DNA from: the human T2T-CHM13v2.0 reference genome, Homo sapiens | Length of the DNA stretch: 64,000 nucleotides | Strand: one strand, 5' to 3' | Assembly: GCF_009914755.1 (NCBI RefSeq) | Contig: NC_060928.1 | In this document: piece by piece, positions 1-11,450 of the stretch | Numbering within the stretch: position 1 is the stretch's first letter | How the letters are laid out: the number at the start of each line of letters is the position of its first letter | Program-made: the position numbers and the translations under genes | Notes under the pieces: model-generated | Databases searched by the model: none | What the model saw: only the letters and a program-made list of their open reading frames with translations | What the model was told of the DNA's origin: nothing

Positions 1-420
1 ATGGCTTTATTCTGTTCCATGCCTGTATTACCTAAATCTTGTAAGTCAAGTTTATATGTTCACGTGAATATAAGGTGCATGAGGAGAGCAAGCTCTGAGT
101 TTGACTTTTTCACTCTTTGTGAATTTAGTAAATGAAGTAATTAAGTATACACTCATTTCAAGTTTTTAGCAGCCTTCCATGGCATGCCAGTAATTAATTA
201 ATTACAATTATATCACCTCTTCAGCAAAGCTGGTTCAGTAGGACCAGTGCTTGCCAAACTTCAAAGGCAGTTCATGGCTAAATGTCCTTGAAATGAATAA
301 CTATCAATAAGAACTGAAATATCATATGCTACTTTACAGTTTTCAGTTCTTCAATTAGTTTCTTTAACAATCTTGAGCTATAAGAAAAATTATTACTAGT
401 CAATGATAATTTTTCTTACA

Positions 421-619
421 GAAGTCTGATACAAATGCCATAACAAAAGGTACCATAGACTTGGGGGTTTAAAAGACAGAATGATACTTTCTCACAGTTC
501 TGGAGGCTAGAAGTCCATGATCAGAGTACCAGCAAGGTCAGGTACTGAAGACTCTTTTCCTGGCTTGAAGACAGCTGTCTTCTTGCTGTATCTTCACATG
601 GTACAGAGAGAGAGAGAGA

Positions 620-655
<36 letters not shown>

Positions 656-824
656 CGATGTTTCTCCTAATGGGGGCATTAATCCCAACATGAGGACCCA
701 TCATGAGGACCCTGCTCTAACCTCAAGTACCTTCCGAAGGCCTCATCTCCAAATATCATCACTTTGGGAGTTCAGACTTCACCGTATAAATTTTGTGAAA
801 AACACACACATTCGGTCTATAACA
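421..824 (-). mobile_element. MaLR solo LTR, MLT1A-like, with internal (GA)n at about 604-652
   Basis: ataacaaaa..taccatagact..ttctcacagttctggaggctagaagtcc..tcggtctataaca matches the reverse complement of the MLT1A consensus. Confidence 0.8.
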
Positions 825-1052
825 CCCTATGTCCCCACTGAAAATACTCTGACTCAGAGGCAGCAACTTGCTTGTCCAGGTGGGGCTCACCCAGCCAGGA
901 ATAGGGCAAAGCTGGAGGCAAGCAGAATTCTTCCAATCCTGAATTCTACAATCTTTCCAAGAAAGTAAGCATTCTGTATCCCTTCTTCCAAAGATTCTAT
1001 GACCCCAAATCACTTTCTATTTCCTCCTGGTTTTCCTCCAATTAACCAACAT

Positions 1053-1270
1053 GATTTGTTCTCCTCTGGGGTAATTTTCTCCCACAGGTGACATTTGTCA
1101 ATAGCTGGAGATATGCTTCCTTGTCACAGCTAGGGTAGGAGAAAATGCTACTGTCATCTAGTATGTAAAGGTCCAGGTTGCTGCTTAACATCCTACGATA
1201 TTAAGACAGCTCCCTAAAAGGAAGGATAACCAAGCATAAGAAGTTAATAGGGCCAAGATTGAGAACCCTA
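1053..1270 (+). mobile_element. MER20 hAT-Charlie MITE
   Basis: gacatttgtcaatagctggaga..ttgtcacagct..gctactgtcatctagt..gctgcttaacatcctac..gattgagaaccct follows the MER20 consensus. Confidence 0.8.
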
Positions 1271-1533
1271 ACCCAGATGAGTGAAGAATCCCATATTTGG
1301 TTTTGGAGCTGGGGCTTTCTTACCTGACAGGTGGATGTAACAGGATTTCTGAATATCACCCCATGGCCTGGAGTCTCAATAACTGTTCATTACTCAGAGA
1401 AATTCAAGATCCAAGCTCTACTTTCAACTTTTCTTTTTCAATTTTTTAATGGTTTAATCCACTGCAAAAAAAAAAAAAAATCCTTTCTGCAAAGTCCTGT
1501 CTGTAAATGTCAAGTGTGAGAGCAGCTGTTTTC

Positions 1534-1961
1534 ACAAATGGGGAAACCAAGGTTCAGGAAGACAATAATTTTTCCATGGTGATACTGCTAGTAGTCATTA
1601 GAATTAGAAATGTTGACTCCCAAATCCGTATTTTTTTTCTCATTCTCTTCTTTTCTTTTTCCTTTTTTTCCTTTTTTTTTTTTCCAGGACCCTTCTTTCC
1701 TTTTCATGTAATTCTTTTTCTCCCCTAAGAATCCAGAGTATGGAGACTTCAGTCTACTTAAGCTACTTAATGTAGCCTAAGTGTGGAGACTCCAGATTCT
1801 TAGGAGAGAAAAAGAATTATATGGAATTGAAAAGGCAACCCTATAACAAAGAAGAAAAGAAGAGAATGAGAAAAAAATATAACATTTCTAATTCTAATGA
1901 CTACTAGCAGTGTCACCATGGGAAAATTATTGTCTTCCTGATCCTCGGTTTCCCCACTTGT
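1534..1961. repeat. ~430-bp imperfect palindrome; the outer arms are MIR-core sequence
   Basis: 1534-1614 is the reverse complement of 1881-1961 at 76/81 positions; inner segments also pair (see findings). Confidence 0.9.
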
Positions 1962-2131
1962 AAACTATGAATAATTATATTCGCCTCGTAAGATTGATCA
2001 TTTACATAAAATGATATGAATATGAATATGATGCTAAGTTAAAGTAGTAATAACAGTAGCTATTAGCAATCATAACAGTTATTAGGGATAATATATTATT
2101 TATGTTTAATATTACTTTATGTTTCTATAAA

Positions 2132-3273
2132 TAGTCATGCACCACAAAATGACATTTCAGTCAAAGACAGACTGCATATATGACAGTGGTCATTCAGTAA
2201 ACTAAGGTTAATTCATTATTAAATAAATAAATATTTTAAAATAAATTTATTGCAGCCTAAAGACACAATGTTTATAAATTCTACAGTAGTGTACACTAAT
2301 GTCCTAGGTCTTCACATTCACTCAGGACTCACTCACTACCTCACTCAGAACAACTCCCAGTTTTGCAAACTCCATTCACAGTAAGTGAGTAAGTGTCCTA
2401 TACAGGAGTACCATTTTTTTTATCTTTTATATCATATTATTCCTGTACCTTTTCTATGTTTAGATATACAAACACTCAACATTGTGTTACAGTTGCCTAC
2501 AGTATTTAGTACAGTAACATGTTATACAGGTTTGTAGCCCAGGAGCAATAGTTTATACTATAGAACCTATATGTGTAGTAGATGGTGTGAGGGTTAATAT
2601 TGTCAACTTGATTGGATTAAAGGATACAAAGTATTGCTCCTAGGTGTGTCTGTGAGGGTGTTACCAAAGGAGACTAACACAGGAGTCAGTGGACTGGGAG
2701 AGGCAGACCCACCCTCAATCTGGGTGGGCACCATCTAATTAGCTGCCAGTGCAGCCAGGATAAAAGCACTTCCAAGTTCCTCTGCCTGCTCTTAAAAGAA
2801 GGCAGAGGAACATGGAAGGACTAGACTGATTGAGTCTTCTGGCCTTCATCGTTCTCCTGTTCTGGATGCTTCTTGCCCTGGAACATCGGACTCCCAAGTT
2901 CTTCAGCTTCTAGACTCTTGGACTTATACCAGTGGTTTTCCGGGGACTGTTGGGCCTTCGGCCACAGACTAAAGGCTGCACTGTCAGCTTCCCTACTTTT
3001 GAGGTTTTGGGACTTGGACTGGTTTTCTTGCTCTTCAGCTTGCAGAAGGCCTGTTGTGGGATGTCACCTTGTGATCATGTGCGTCAATTCTCCTTAATAA
3101 ACTCCATTTCATATATACATCTATCCTATTAGTCCCGTCCCCCTAGAGAACCCTGACTAATACATAGGCTATACCATTTAGATGTGTGTAAGTACACTCT
3201 ATGATGTTCACACAATGACAAAATCACTAAGACATTTGTTGGAAGGTCCTCTTCATTAAGTGACATGTGGCTG
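2132..3273 (+). mobile_element. Tigger3/MER7-family DNA transposon, split by an MLT2A1 LTR
   Basis: Termini tagtcatgcaccacaaaatgacatttcagtcaa and cattaagtgacatgtggctg resemble Tigger3 TIRs; the internal sequence resumes at 3165 (taggctataccat). Confidence 0.8.
2586..3164 (+). mobile_element. MLT2A1 (HERV-L) solo LTR
   Basis: Runs from tgtgagggttaatattgtcaacttgattggatt to ctagagaaccctgactaataca; TG..CA ends and an internal aataaa. Confidence 0.92.
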
Positions 3274-3399
3274 TATCATTATACTTATAAAAATATGCAT
3301 TGCTTATAATAATATATGATATGCCATGATATATTCAATTATACATTGAATATTATAATTACATACTAGTAATAAAAAGTAGCAGTTAGTTACAGTAAT

Positions 3400-3560
3400 A
3401 ACAGCTAAAATTTCTGCATACCTACATATTAGTAACTCCATATTAGCCATGAATCGGCTGAGACTAAGAGAGATTAAATAACTTATGTAAGATCACAAGG
3501 CTAGGAAATGTTAGCCTTGGGGTTCAACTTCAAGATCGCTTTTTCAGGAGCTCACATTCT
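3400..3560 (-). mobile_element. MIR fragment
   Basis: gagactaagagagattaaataacttatgtaagatcacaaggctagg, MIR core reverse complement. Confidence 0.6.
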
Positions 3561-5569
3561 CAGCTCCTGTGTGTATTTAATATTTCATAGAAGATATTTG
3601 ACAAATTGTGGATTTTATAAATAGTACAGTCAAAAGAAAATAGTCCGGAAGTGGACTGAGGGAAAGGTCAAGGCGGGAGGGTCAGGGGGAGCTTCTGGTG
3701 CAGGCAAGGGCACCGAGACTGCCATTATGAGGCTCTGGCTGCCTGGCCAGGGACTGTGGAAGGTGACCTGCTTGGATAAAGGGAACATGTAGCGCCGGAA
3801 ACTTTCAAAAGGACTTGATTGAATGTCCTACTGGATTAAACAGCCCTTGCTACAAAGGTCCGCAGCGGTGAGAAAGTACAATGCTGTGTACTGTATAAAT
3901 GCTAAATCAGTCATTCTCCTCCAAGCATTTTGTGTGACCTGCTCTGTGCAGGACATCTAAGGTTATCCCCCACAGGTCGCATCGGCACCACCACTGCTCT
4001 CTCATCTTCAGAGAGCCCTCTGGGAGTTGGGCTCCCAGGACTCTGGTTAATTAGCCATCTAAGGGAGGACACTCCTGATAGTGAGTCACATTCTCTTTTA
4101 ACCACAAGGCCATTGTTCCCTCCCCACCAGGTACAGCTGACCTAGAAATATGCCATATTGTACCAATTCTGGAACTATTTATTAAGCATCCTATTTTCTG
4201 CTCCAGGTCAGCCAACAATGGAAGAGCTGGCACAGAAACAGGTGAGGCCTGTGTCTAGAAGGGAGTTAAGTCATCAGTGAAGAGATTATGACAAAAAGAA
4301 AAGAGGCCACTGTGTGAAATTGATGGAATTCATGGACACCGGCACTCCCACATTGAGCAGGACACTGGATGAGATAGCACTGCCCTCTTTTCTGAGTCCT
4401 GACAAGACCTCTCTCTTGCCTCTCCTCCTGTCTGCCAGCCTGTGCTCTGCTGCCCATTTCCTAGTTCGTGCTCAGTAACTGGTGACTCCTATAAAGCTCT
4501 AAACCTGGGTTGTGCTGAAAGGTAAGCTGTGAACACTGCAGTTCTTCTGGCACAATCTCACCATTCCTCGACTCTTTTTCTGGTCCAAGTTCTGTGCTTC
4601 TCCACTGTACACTTCATCTTGCTGTGATGACCCCATTCCTAAGTTCTTGGACTGGTCATTTTCACCTGATGATGAGCTCTCTCCACCAAAATTCAGTCCC
4701 CTCCTGTGGTCTCTGACTTAGACTATCTCCACCCCCATTTCTCACCCACCGCTTACCACCCTGGTTCTCTGGATATTGGACTATCCTTGGGGCACAATTC
4801 TCTGCCAGGCAAAAAATAAGAGTTATAATAGGTAATCAATATTTGTATGGATTATATATTTAATAATGACAAAGGAACTTTGGGTGCCTTTCTTGGTGTA
4901 TTGCATGGAAGCCAGTCATATTTTCTTATGTATTAACAGACATCTTAAAAGTTGTTTACAATCTTTCAATGGATTACAAATCCTACTGTAGGTGCAAACC
5001 CAATAAATAGGTGTCTGACCTGAACATGAACATTTCCAGGGTCAGGAAAAGATGCAAAGGAGGACCCATTTTTTTTTTAAATTAAGCACCTCACACTGCA
5101 CTAGGTATATGCTTAGGCTGTGTTATCTCTGGCTGTCTTAGAACAGAGAAGGAAAGACAGAGGATAAAGGACGTGTATGAAGCCACTGCGGGCATCTGGA
5201 ACTCAAGCCTGCTGGAAGAATTCTTGGAGCCAGGGAGGAACAAACACCTCAGAGTTATCCAAACCAAAGATTGAGGAAAGAACATTTATACATCTATTGC
5301 TGTGTTCATTGGTTAAAAGCAGCTGCCTGTTGAATGTTACTTCCTTGGTTCATCACCACCTGATGCTTGGACAGCAAAACAAGCTTCCCTGGGAAAAGAA
5401 AGCACTTAGGCACAAAAATGCAGATGCTGGCAGTTGCAAGCTAGGCTGGCGTGTGCTGAAATGGTCAAGACAAGGGACTATAAGCTGGGTACAAGCAATA
5501 TCTGTCAACATAAATTATTGAAAATAAAAGAAAAAACCAACTTTTATTAGTTACTGATATAAAATGGGG

Positions 5570-5770
5570 TTGGGATATTGTGCTTTCTGTATTATCTTAT
5601 GTCACTTAATCTTCACAATAATTCCTGGAAGGTTTTATCAGTACTCCCAGTTTCATTTTCAGAAACTGTGGCCAAAAGCCCGTAAAGTTTCTTCCACAAT
5701 CACACAGGAAGGGGCAGATGTAGGGTTCACTCAGAGGGACTCTGCTTCCTGTTCTTCTCACTTTCTCTGG
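5570..5770 (-). mobile_element. MIR
   Basis: tcacttaatcttcacaataat..cagaaactgtggcc..cacaatcacacag. Confidence 0.6.
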
Positions 5771-5899
5771 CATGTTTACAAGAAAACAAAATACTAGTCT
5801 CTCTCTCTCTCACCTTGATAAAAACTGTTTGCGACCCCACAAATTGAAAAGTGACTGAGGAACTATCAACAAAGAGAAGATATCACCAGCAAAATTTGC

Positions 5900-6370
5900 A
5901 GCTGGAAGGAGGCTTTAAAATGTGACACTTTGCAGACTCACTCATCTCTTCATTAGTGGCCTGGGAAAGGGAGGAAATAGCCCTTTAATGCAATCTTTGA
6001 ATGACATACAATTGGAAGATGTCATAAATACCAGTTACGGCAGAGAGACCAGGCTGGGTAAATTCCCAGCATGCAGAGAAAATCACTGAGCAGCTTACTC
6101 CTACTCAGCCCCTTTGGAACTCACTAAAGAGCAGGGAATAGAACAAAAAGCTGCAATACGACTGTTACCTCAGTCCCAGAGCAAATTAAGCAAAGACATC
6201 AGAGAAAGGAGGCTCAAAAGAGTGAAGCAGAAAAACATTTGATAGGAACTTCAGAGTTATGCATGCTCAAAAAATGCCAGATCTATTTCAAGCAGCAGGA
6301 TAATTGTGGTGACATTTGATCAATGAGTGGGAAAGTGATACTTCCTTCCTTCAAGAAGGTTGTGGAAACC
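5900..6370 (+). mobile_element. Possible ancient CR1/L3 remnant
   Basis: tgaatgacatacaattggaagatgtcataaatacc..gaccaggctgg and ggaacttcagagttat..ttcaag weakly resemble CR1 RT and 3' segments. Confidence 0.3.
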
Positions 6371-6539
6371 ACACCCTGTCACAGAGCTTATTTCCAACCC
6401 TTAAACTCCATGGGAGTATGAATCCTAGCAAAAAGCAAAGATCCTAAGAAGAAATACAGTGACTGAGTGATTACATCGAATGCAGAGGAGTCTATGCAGA
6501 GAGCTTACCCTAGTAATTAATTCTCTATGATTTCCAAGG

Positions 6540-6680
6540 AACTTTCACATATGTGATGAGCCTCCTTGTAAAAACTGTAGAGTGGGAGCATTACCCTCCC
6601 TCTCTTTTTCAAATGAGGAAACTGACGACTGAGGGTGGGGAGAGAGATGTAGATTTCAAGCAACGTACCCAAAGACATCA
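6540..6680 (-). mobile_element. MIR fragment
   Basis: tttttcaaatgaggaaactga..cccaaagacatca. Confidence 0.55.
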
Positions 6681-7024
6681 TACACCCATCTCTCCTGTCC
6701 CTCCCAAATTCTCCTGCCTTTTTTGCTCTACTATTTGACTCTGTAAAATGTGGGAGTAGGGACAATTAAGTATTTCCCCCATTTTAGGATGTGAGACACT
6801 TTATCAATGAGTGGGCACATGACTTTATCCACCCACCACATTAAATCAAAGCTACTCCAAGTAAAATGAGAATGGGAGCGCAAGAGTCCAGCCTGCTTTG
6901 CTGCATTCTCACCTCCAGACTTGGCCCTTCCAAGGAAGTCTTTGCTCTACAGGAAAAAGTTGGAAAAATTACCTTCCAATTGATCTGCAAATATTCTTCC
7001 AGTTGTGGATTATCTGATAGAGTT

Positions 7025-7442
7025 TACATTAGTCCATTCTCTAACTGCTATAAAGAAATGCCTGAGACTGGGTAATTTATAAATAAAAAAGGTTTAATTG
7101 GCTCATGGTTCCAAAGGCTGTACAAAAGGCATGATATATCTGCTCGGCTTCTGAGGAGGCCTCAAGAAACTTACAATTATGGAGGAAGGTGAAGGGGAAG
7201 CAGGCACGTCTTACATAGCCAGAACAGGAGGAAGAGAGAGAGCAGGGAGGTACCATGCGCATTTAAACAACCAGATCTGATGAGAACTCTATTAAGATAA
7301 CGGCACCAAAAGTATGATGCTAAACCATTCATGAAGGATACAGCCCCATGAGCCAATCACCTCCCATCAGGCCCCACCTCCAACAACCGGAACTGCAATT
7401 CGACATGAGATTTGAGCAGGAACACAGATCCAAACCCTATCA
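7025..7442 (-). mobile_element. MSTA MaLR solo LTR
   Basis: ctgctataaagaaatgcctgagactgggtaattt..cacagatccaaaccctatca; 5-bp TSD gagtt/gcgtt. Confidence 0.88.
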
Positions 7443-7764
7443 GCGTTTCATTCAGATATGTCTCACAAACTAGATATATTTAAGGTGTACAACTTGATGT
7501 TATGATATATGCATGTATTGTAAAATAATCACCACAATAAAGCTAATTAATATATCCATTGAGTCCCATAATTATAATATCTTTTGTGAGTGGTAAGAAC
7601 ACTCAAGGTATACCCTCTTAGTAGATTCCAAGTTTATTAAATAGTATCGCTCATTATAGTTACTATGCTATACATTAGCTCTCCGGAACATATTCAGCTT
7701 GCATAACTGAAGGTTTGTACCTGTTGAGCAACATCTCCCCATTTCCCCATCTTAGCCCCCGTAA

Positions 7765-8171
<407 letters not shown>

Positions 8172-8957
8172 CAATTATTTTTCTTTCCACATATTAGTAA
8201 GATTGTGCAGTGTTTGTCTTTCCGTGTCTGACTTTTTTCACTTAGCATGATGTCCTGGTTCATTCATGTTTTCAGAATGACAGAATTTGCTTCTTTTTTT
8301 ATGGTGGAATAATACTTCATTGAATGTATATAACACATTTCTTTATCCATTTGTTTATCGATGAAAACCTAGGTCATTGTCATATCTTAGCTAGTGTAAA
8401 CAGTGTTTCAGTGAACATGGGAGTGCAGGCATCTTCATGAGACCTTGATTTTAATTCCTTTGGATACATATCCAGACGTGAGATTCCTGAGTCATATTAT
8501 AGTTCTATTTTTTAATTTTTGGAGGAGCTTCACACTGTTTTTTCATAATGACCGTAACAATTTACATTTTCAACAACAAAGTGTAAGGCTTCTCTTTTCT
8601 CCACATCCTTACCAGCTCAAAAATAGTATAGCTTAGCCTTCCCTGACGTTAATTATCACACAAATATATGTTTTAGTTAGAATGCAGGAAATTATTACCA
8701 AAAATTCATTTGAGGAGTTGGAATTCTGATGCTCCCTTCTGGCTTATAATCATGAGTCCCTGAGATAATTGGGCTCCTGATTCAAGTTCATATTCACCCA
8801 GTGGTTAAAGCCCCCCACACCCTTATCACTCATCAGAGTGATGCATCTGAAAGAATGTCAGGCACTGAAAGAATAAAAGCTAAATGGCAAAATGTGAGGG
8901 ATGGAGCTCCTAGATCAAGTCTGTTTTTGGAGCTCCTTGAAAACTCAGCATGAAAAT

Positions 8958-9116
8958 GGAAAGAAGGAAAGAGAGAAGGAAGGAAGGAAGGAAAGAAGGA
9001 AGGAAGGAAGGAAGGAAGGGGAAATGGGAGGGGAGGAGAGGGGAATGAAAGGAAGAAAAGGGAGGAAAGAAGGAAGAAAGGGAGGGAGGGATGCAAAGGA
9101 GAAGGAAAAGGAGGGA
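8958..9116. repeat. (GGAA)n purine-rich low-complexity tract
   Basis: (GGAA)4 AGAA (GGAA)5 core at 8978-9017 within an A/G tract. Confidence 0.9.
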
Positions 9117-10994
9117 ACATTCCTCGAGCAATTTGTATTTCATTTTGACAGAGTGAACAAATTGTTTTGGGCAACGACCTATACTTTCCGAGTTTTAACA
9201 TTGCAAGAACCACATCTCAGTCCCAGGTCCTGAGTGAACCCGACTGCTTGATCACCCTAATTTTAGAACTCATGATTCCTTGCAAACTCCATACCATTCC
9301 CAATCTGGCATCAGGATTAGGCAGAATATACATTCAAGTACCATGCCAGAAAGTTCCTGGAAATTTGAAGTCAGGAAATAGAGGGAGACTGGCCTGTGAC
9401 AGTTGAGAATCTATTGCCAAGAGGTGTGTGGGTTAAAGCAGGCCAAGCTTTCAACCTAGCTAAGGGTTCCATGGTATAAACTATAGACTGAAGAAATGGT
9501 AGATTTTCTTTTTTTCCTATTTCTAACATAGTTTCACTAGAACATGGACTGCTTGATGTTTTAATCCTGCAGTGACACAAGGACTAGCTTCTTTGCAAGA
9601 TTCAGATTATACATAACTCCAATTCATTAATGTATTCATTGCCATTCAGCCAATGACAAATTCTCATTCAGCCTTCAGACTTGGTTACATGTTGTTTTTT
9701 TGTGAGTGCTTCCCTTAACCCTTCTACATACGTAATGAAAATATGTACTTTATGGTAAAGAAAATTGAATTTTTATTAAGTGAACACTCATAATCACACA
9801 TATTGGTAATTACAGTCTCTTAATTTTTTGAAAGCGGATTTTATGCATGTACTTGTCTAATATTCAACAAATAGCTTTATAGTTTAATTCAATTTTTATT
9901 TTAATTATAATTTAATCAAAAATTTAAATTAAAATTTTAACATAATTTAAAAATTACAAAGATTTTTTAGTAGAATCTCATTTACAATTTTTTTATTGAA
10001 CAAAATGTGCAACATAGCAGACTATTTTTTGCAGACTATGAAAAATACACACATGCACACAACAACCTGTTATAACAAATACTCTGAAAGAATAAGGAGT
10101 GTTCTCAAACTGAACTTTATGATAAGCATGCACAAGTGAGGTCAGAGACCAGTGTAACTTGAATTGGTTTTGTTGGTGGTGGTGTTACTGTTTTCCTTCA
10201 TAGGTAATGAACATCCATCTGATAAGCACTCTAATGATAGAGAACACCCAGATACCCACATGATGTATCTAGGAAGGACTCGTTCTGCAAAGTGACTCCA
10301 AGTGGTATCTTAAACATCACCATTAGATGCTTACTATTTAAACTTCAGTCCTGACAAGTTCAATGTATTACACACTCTAATAGACTGTAATTTTACTAGA
10401 TCTCAATAATCTAGGAAATTCCTAGATTGTACAATCCCTGTTTCCCAGGAGCTCAAGCCTGACAAATAATTCACACACAGGCAGAGATAAATAAATATGC
10501 CGTGGGATTACAATGCAGGATCTACATTTGGTCAGCATTTAGAAAAATAGTGTCTACCTGATCCCTTCATAACCTGCACCGTCAGACACAATGGAACATG
10601 AGCTCGTGTGGCAGCATCTTACTAAAAGAGGGGCCTCGAGTTGTTAGTCAAGATCAGTCAAGAGGTTACTGTGGAAAATGAATAATGGTTGAATAACCAC
10701 ACTTTTGAAAGCCAGCCAGGCAGTGGGAATTCCATGCTTCTGGAAGTCAGCCTATCAGCAACAGCCACACTCTAATAACCAGCTTCCACAGCCAAAATAT
10801 TAACAATCCCCAGGAACCTTCACTCCCAGAAGTCTTCAAACCCTTAGTCCCATGCTTATCAAACCATAAATGAGGTCTAAGCTTTACTTTGTTCAGAGAG
10901 ACTGTGCTTTTCAAGCACAGCTCTGTCCTTGCAAGAATTACCATCAGGCTGTTTCTGTTATGAGAGGCAGCCTCTTTCTTTTTTTATCCTGACA

Positions 10995-11450
10995 AATATA
11001 CCAGAGCAAATGAAACAAAAGCAATAGTCAATGAAATAGTAGAAGAAAAATTCTGTGAGCTGAAGAGAGAACTAAATCTGAATATTAGAAAATGTATATA
11101 GTACTAGGAAATAAATACTGAAATAGCCAAATCTGAATAAAACCTTGAACTTCAAATAAAAAGAAAATATCCAGTAAAAAGTACAAAAGTAAATAAATGT
11201 TACTTAGAGAGAGAGAGAAAGAGAAATTAAACCAGTTTTATGCTTGTTTTTAGAGAACTAAAAAGGATAAGCCAAAAGTACTGGGGAAAAATGCTTGAGT
11301 TTAGGGAATGATGGATGTTACCTAAGTCTTTATTTCTTAGACAAATTATTATTTTTATGTGTAAAATTTAGAAAGGATAACAGTTAAAATAGGCAACAGC
11401 TTAGAAATTATGCCACCCTTCCTGGGGAACTATTAGAAAGACAAAATATG
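10995..11450 (+). mobile_element. Degenerate HAL1 or old L1 ORF1 fragment
   Basis: A-rich atagtagaagaaaaattctgtgagctgaag..aaatctgaatattagaa resembles the ORF1 IQENFPEL region. Confidence 0.5.

Noticed and set aside
4236-4530. Strong-looking splice donors (cagGTGAGG, aagGTAAGC)
   Set aside because: No supportable acceptor or reading frame; isolated donor motifs are common by chance
8833-9233. Overlapping low-complexity ORFs
   Set aside because: Translations of the GGAA tract
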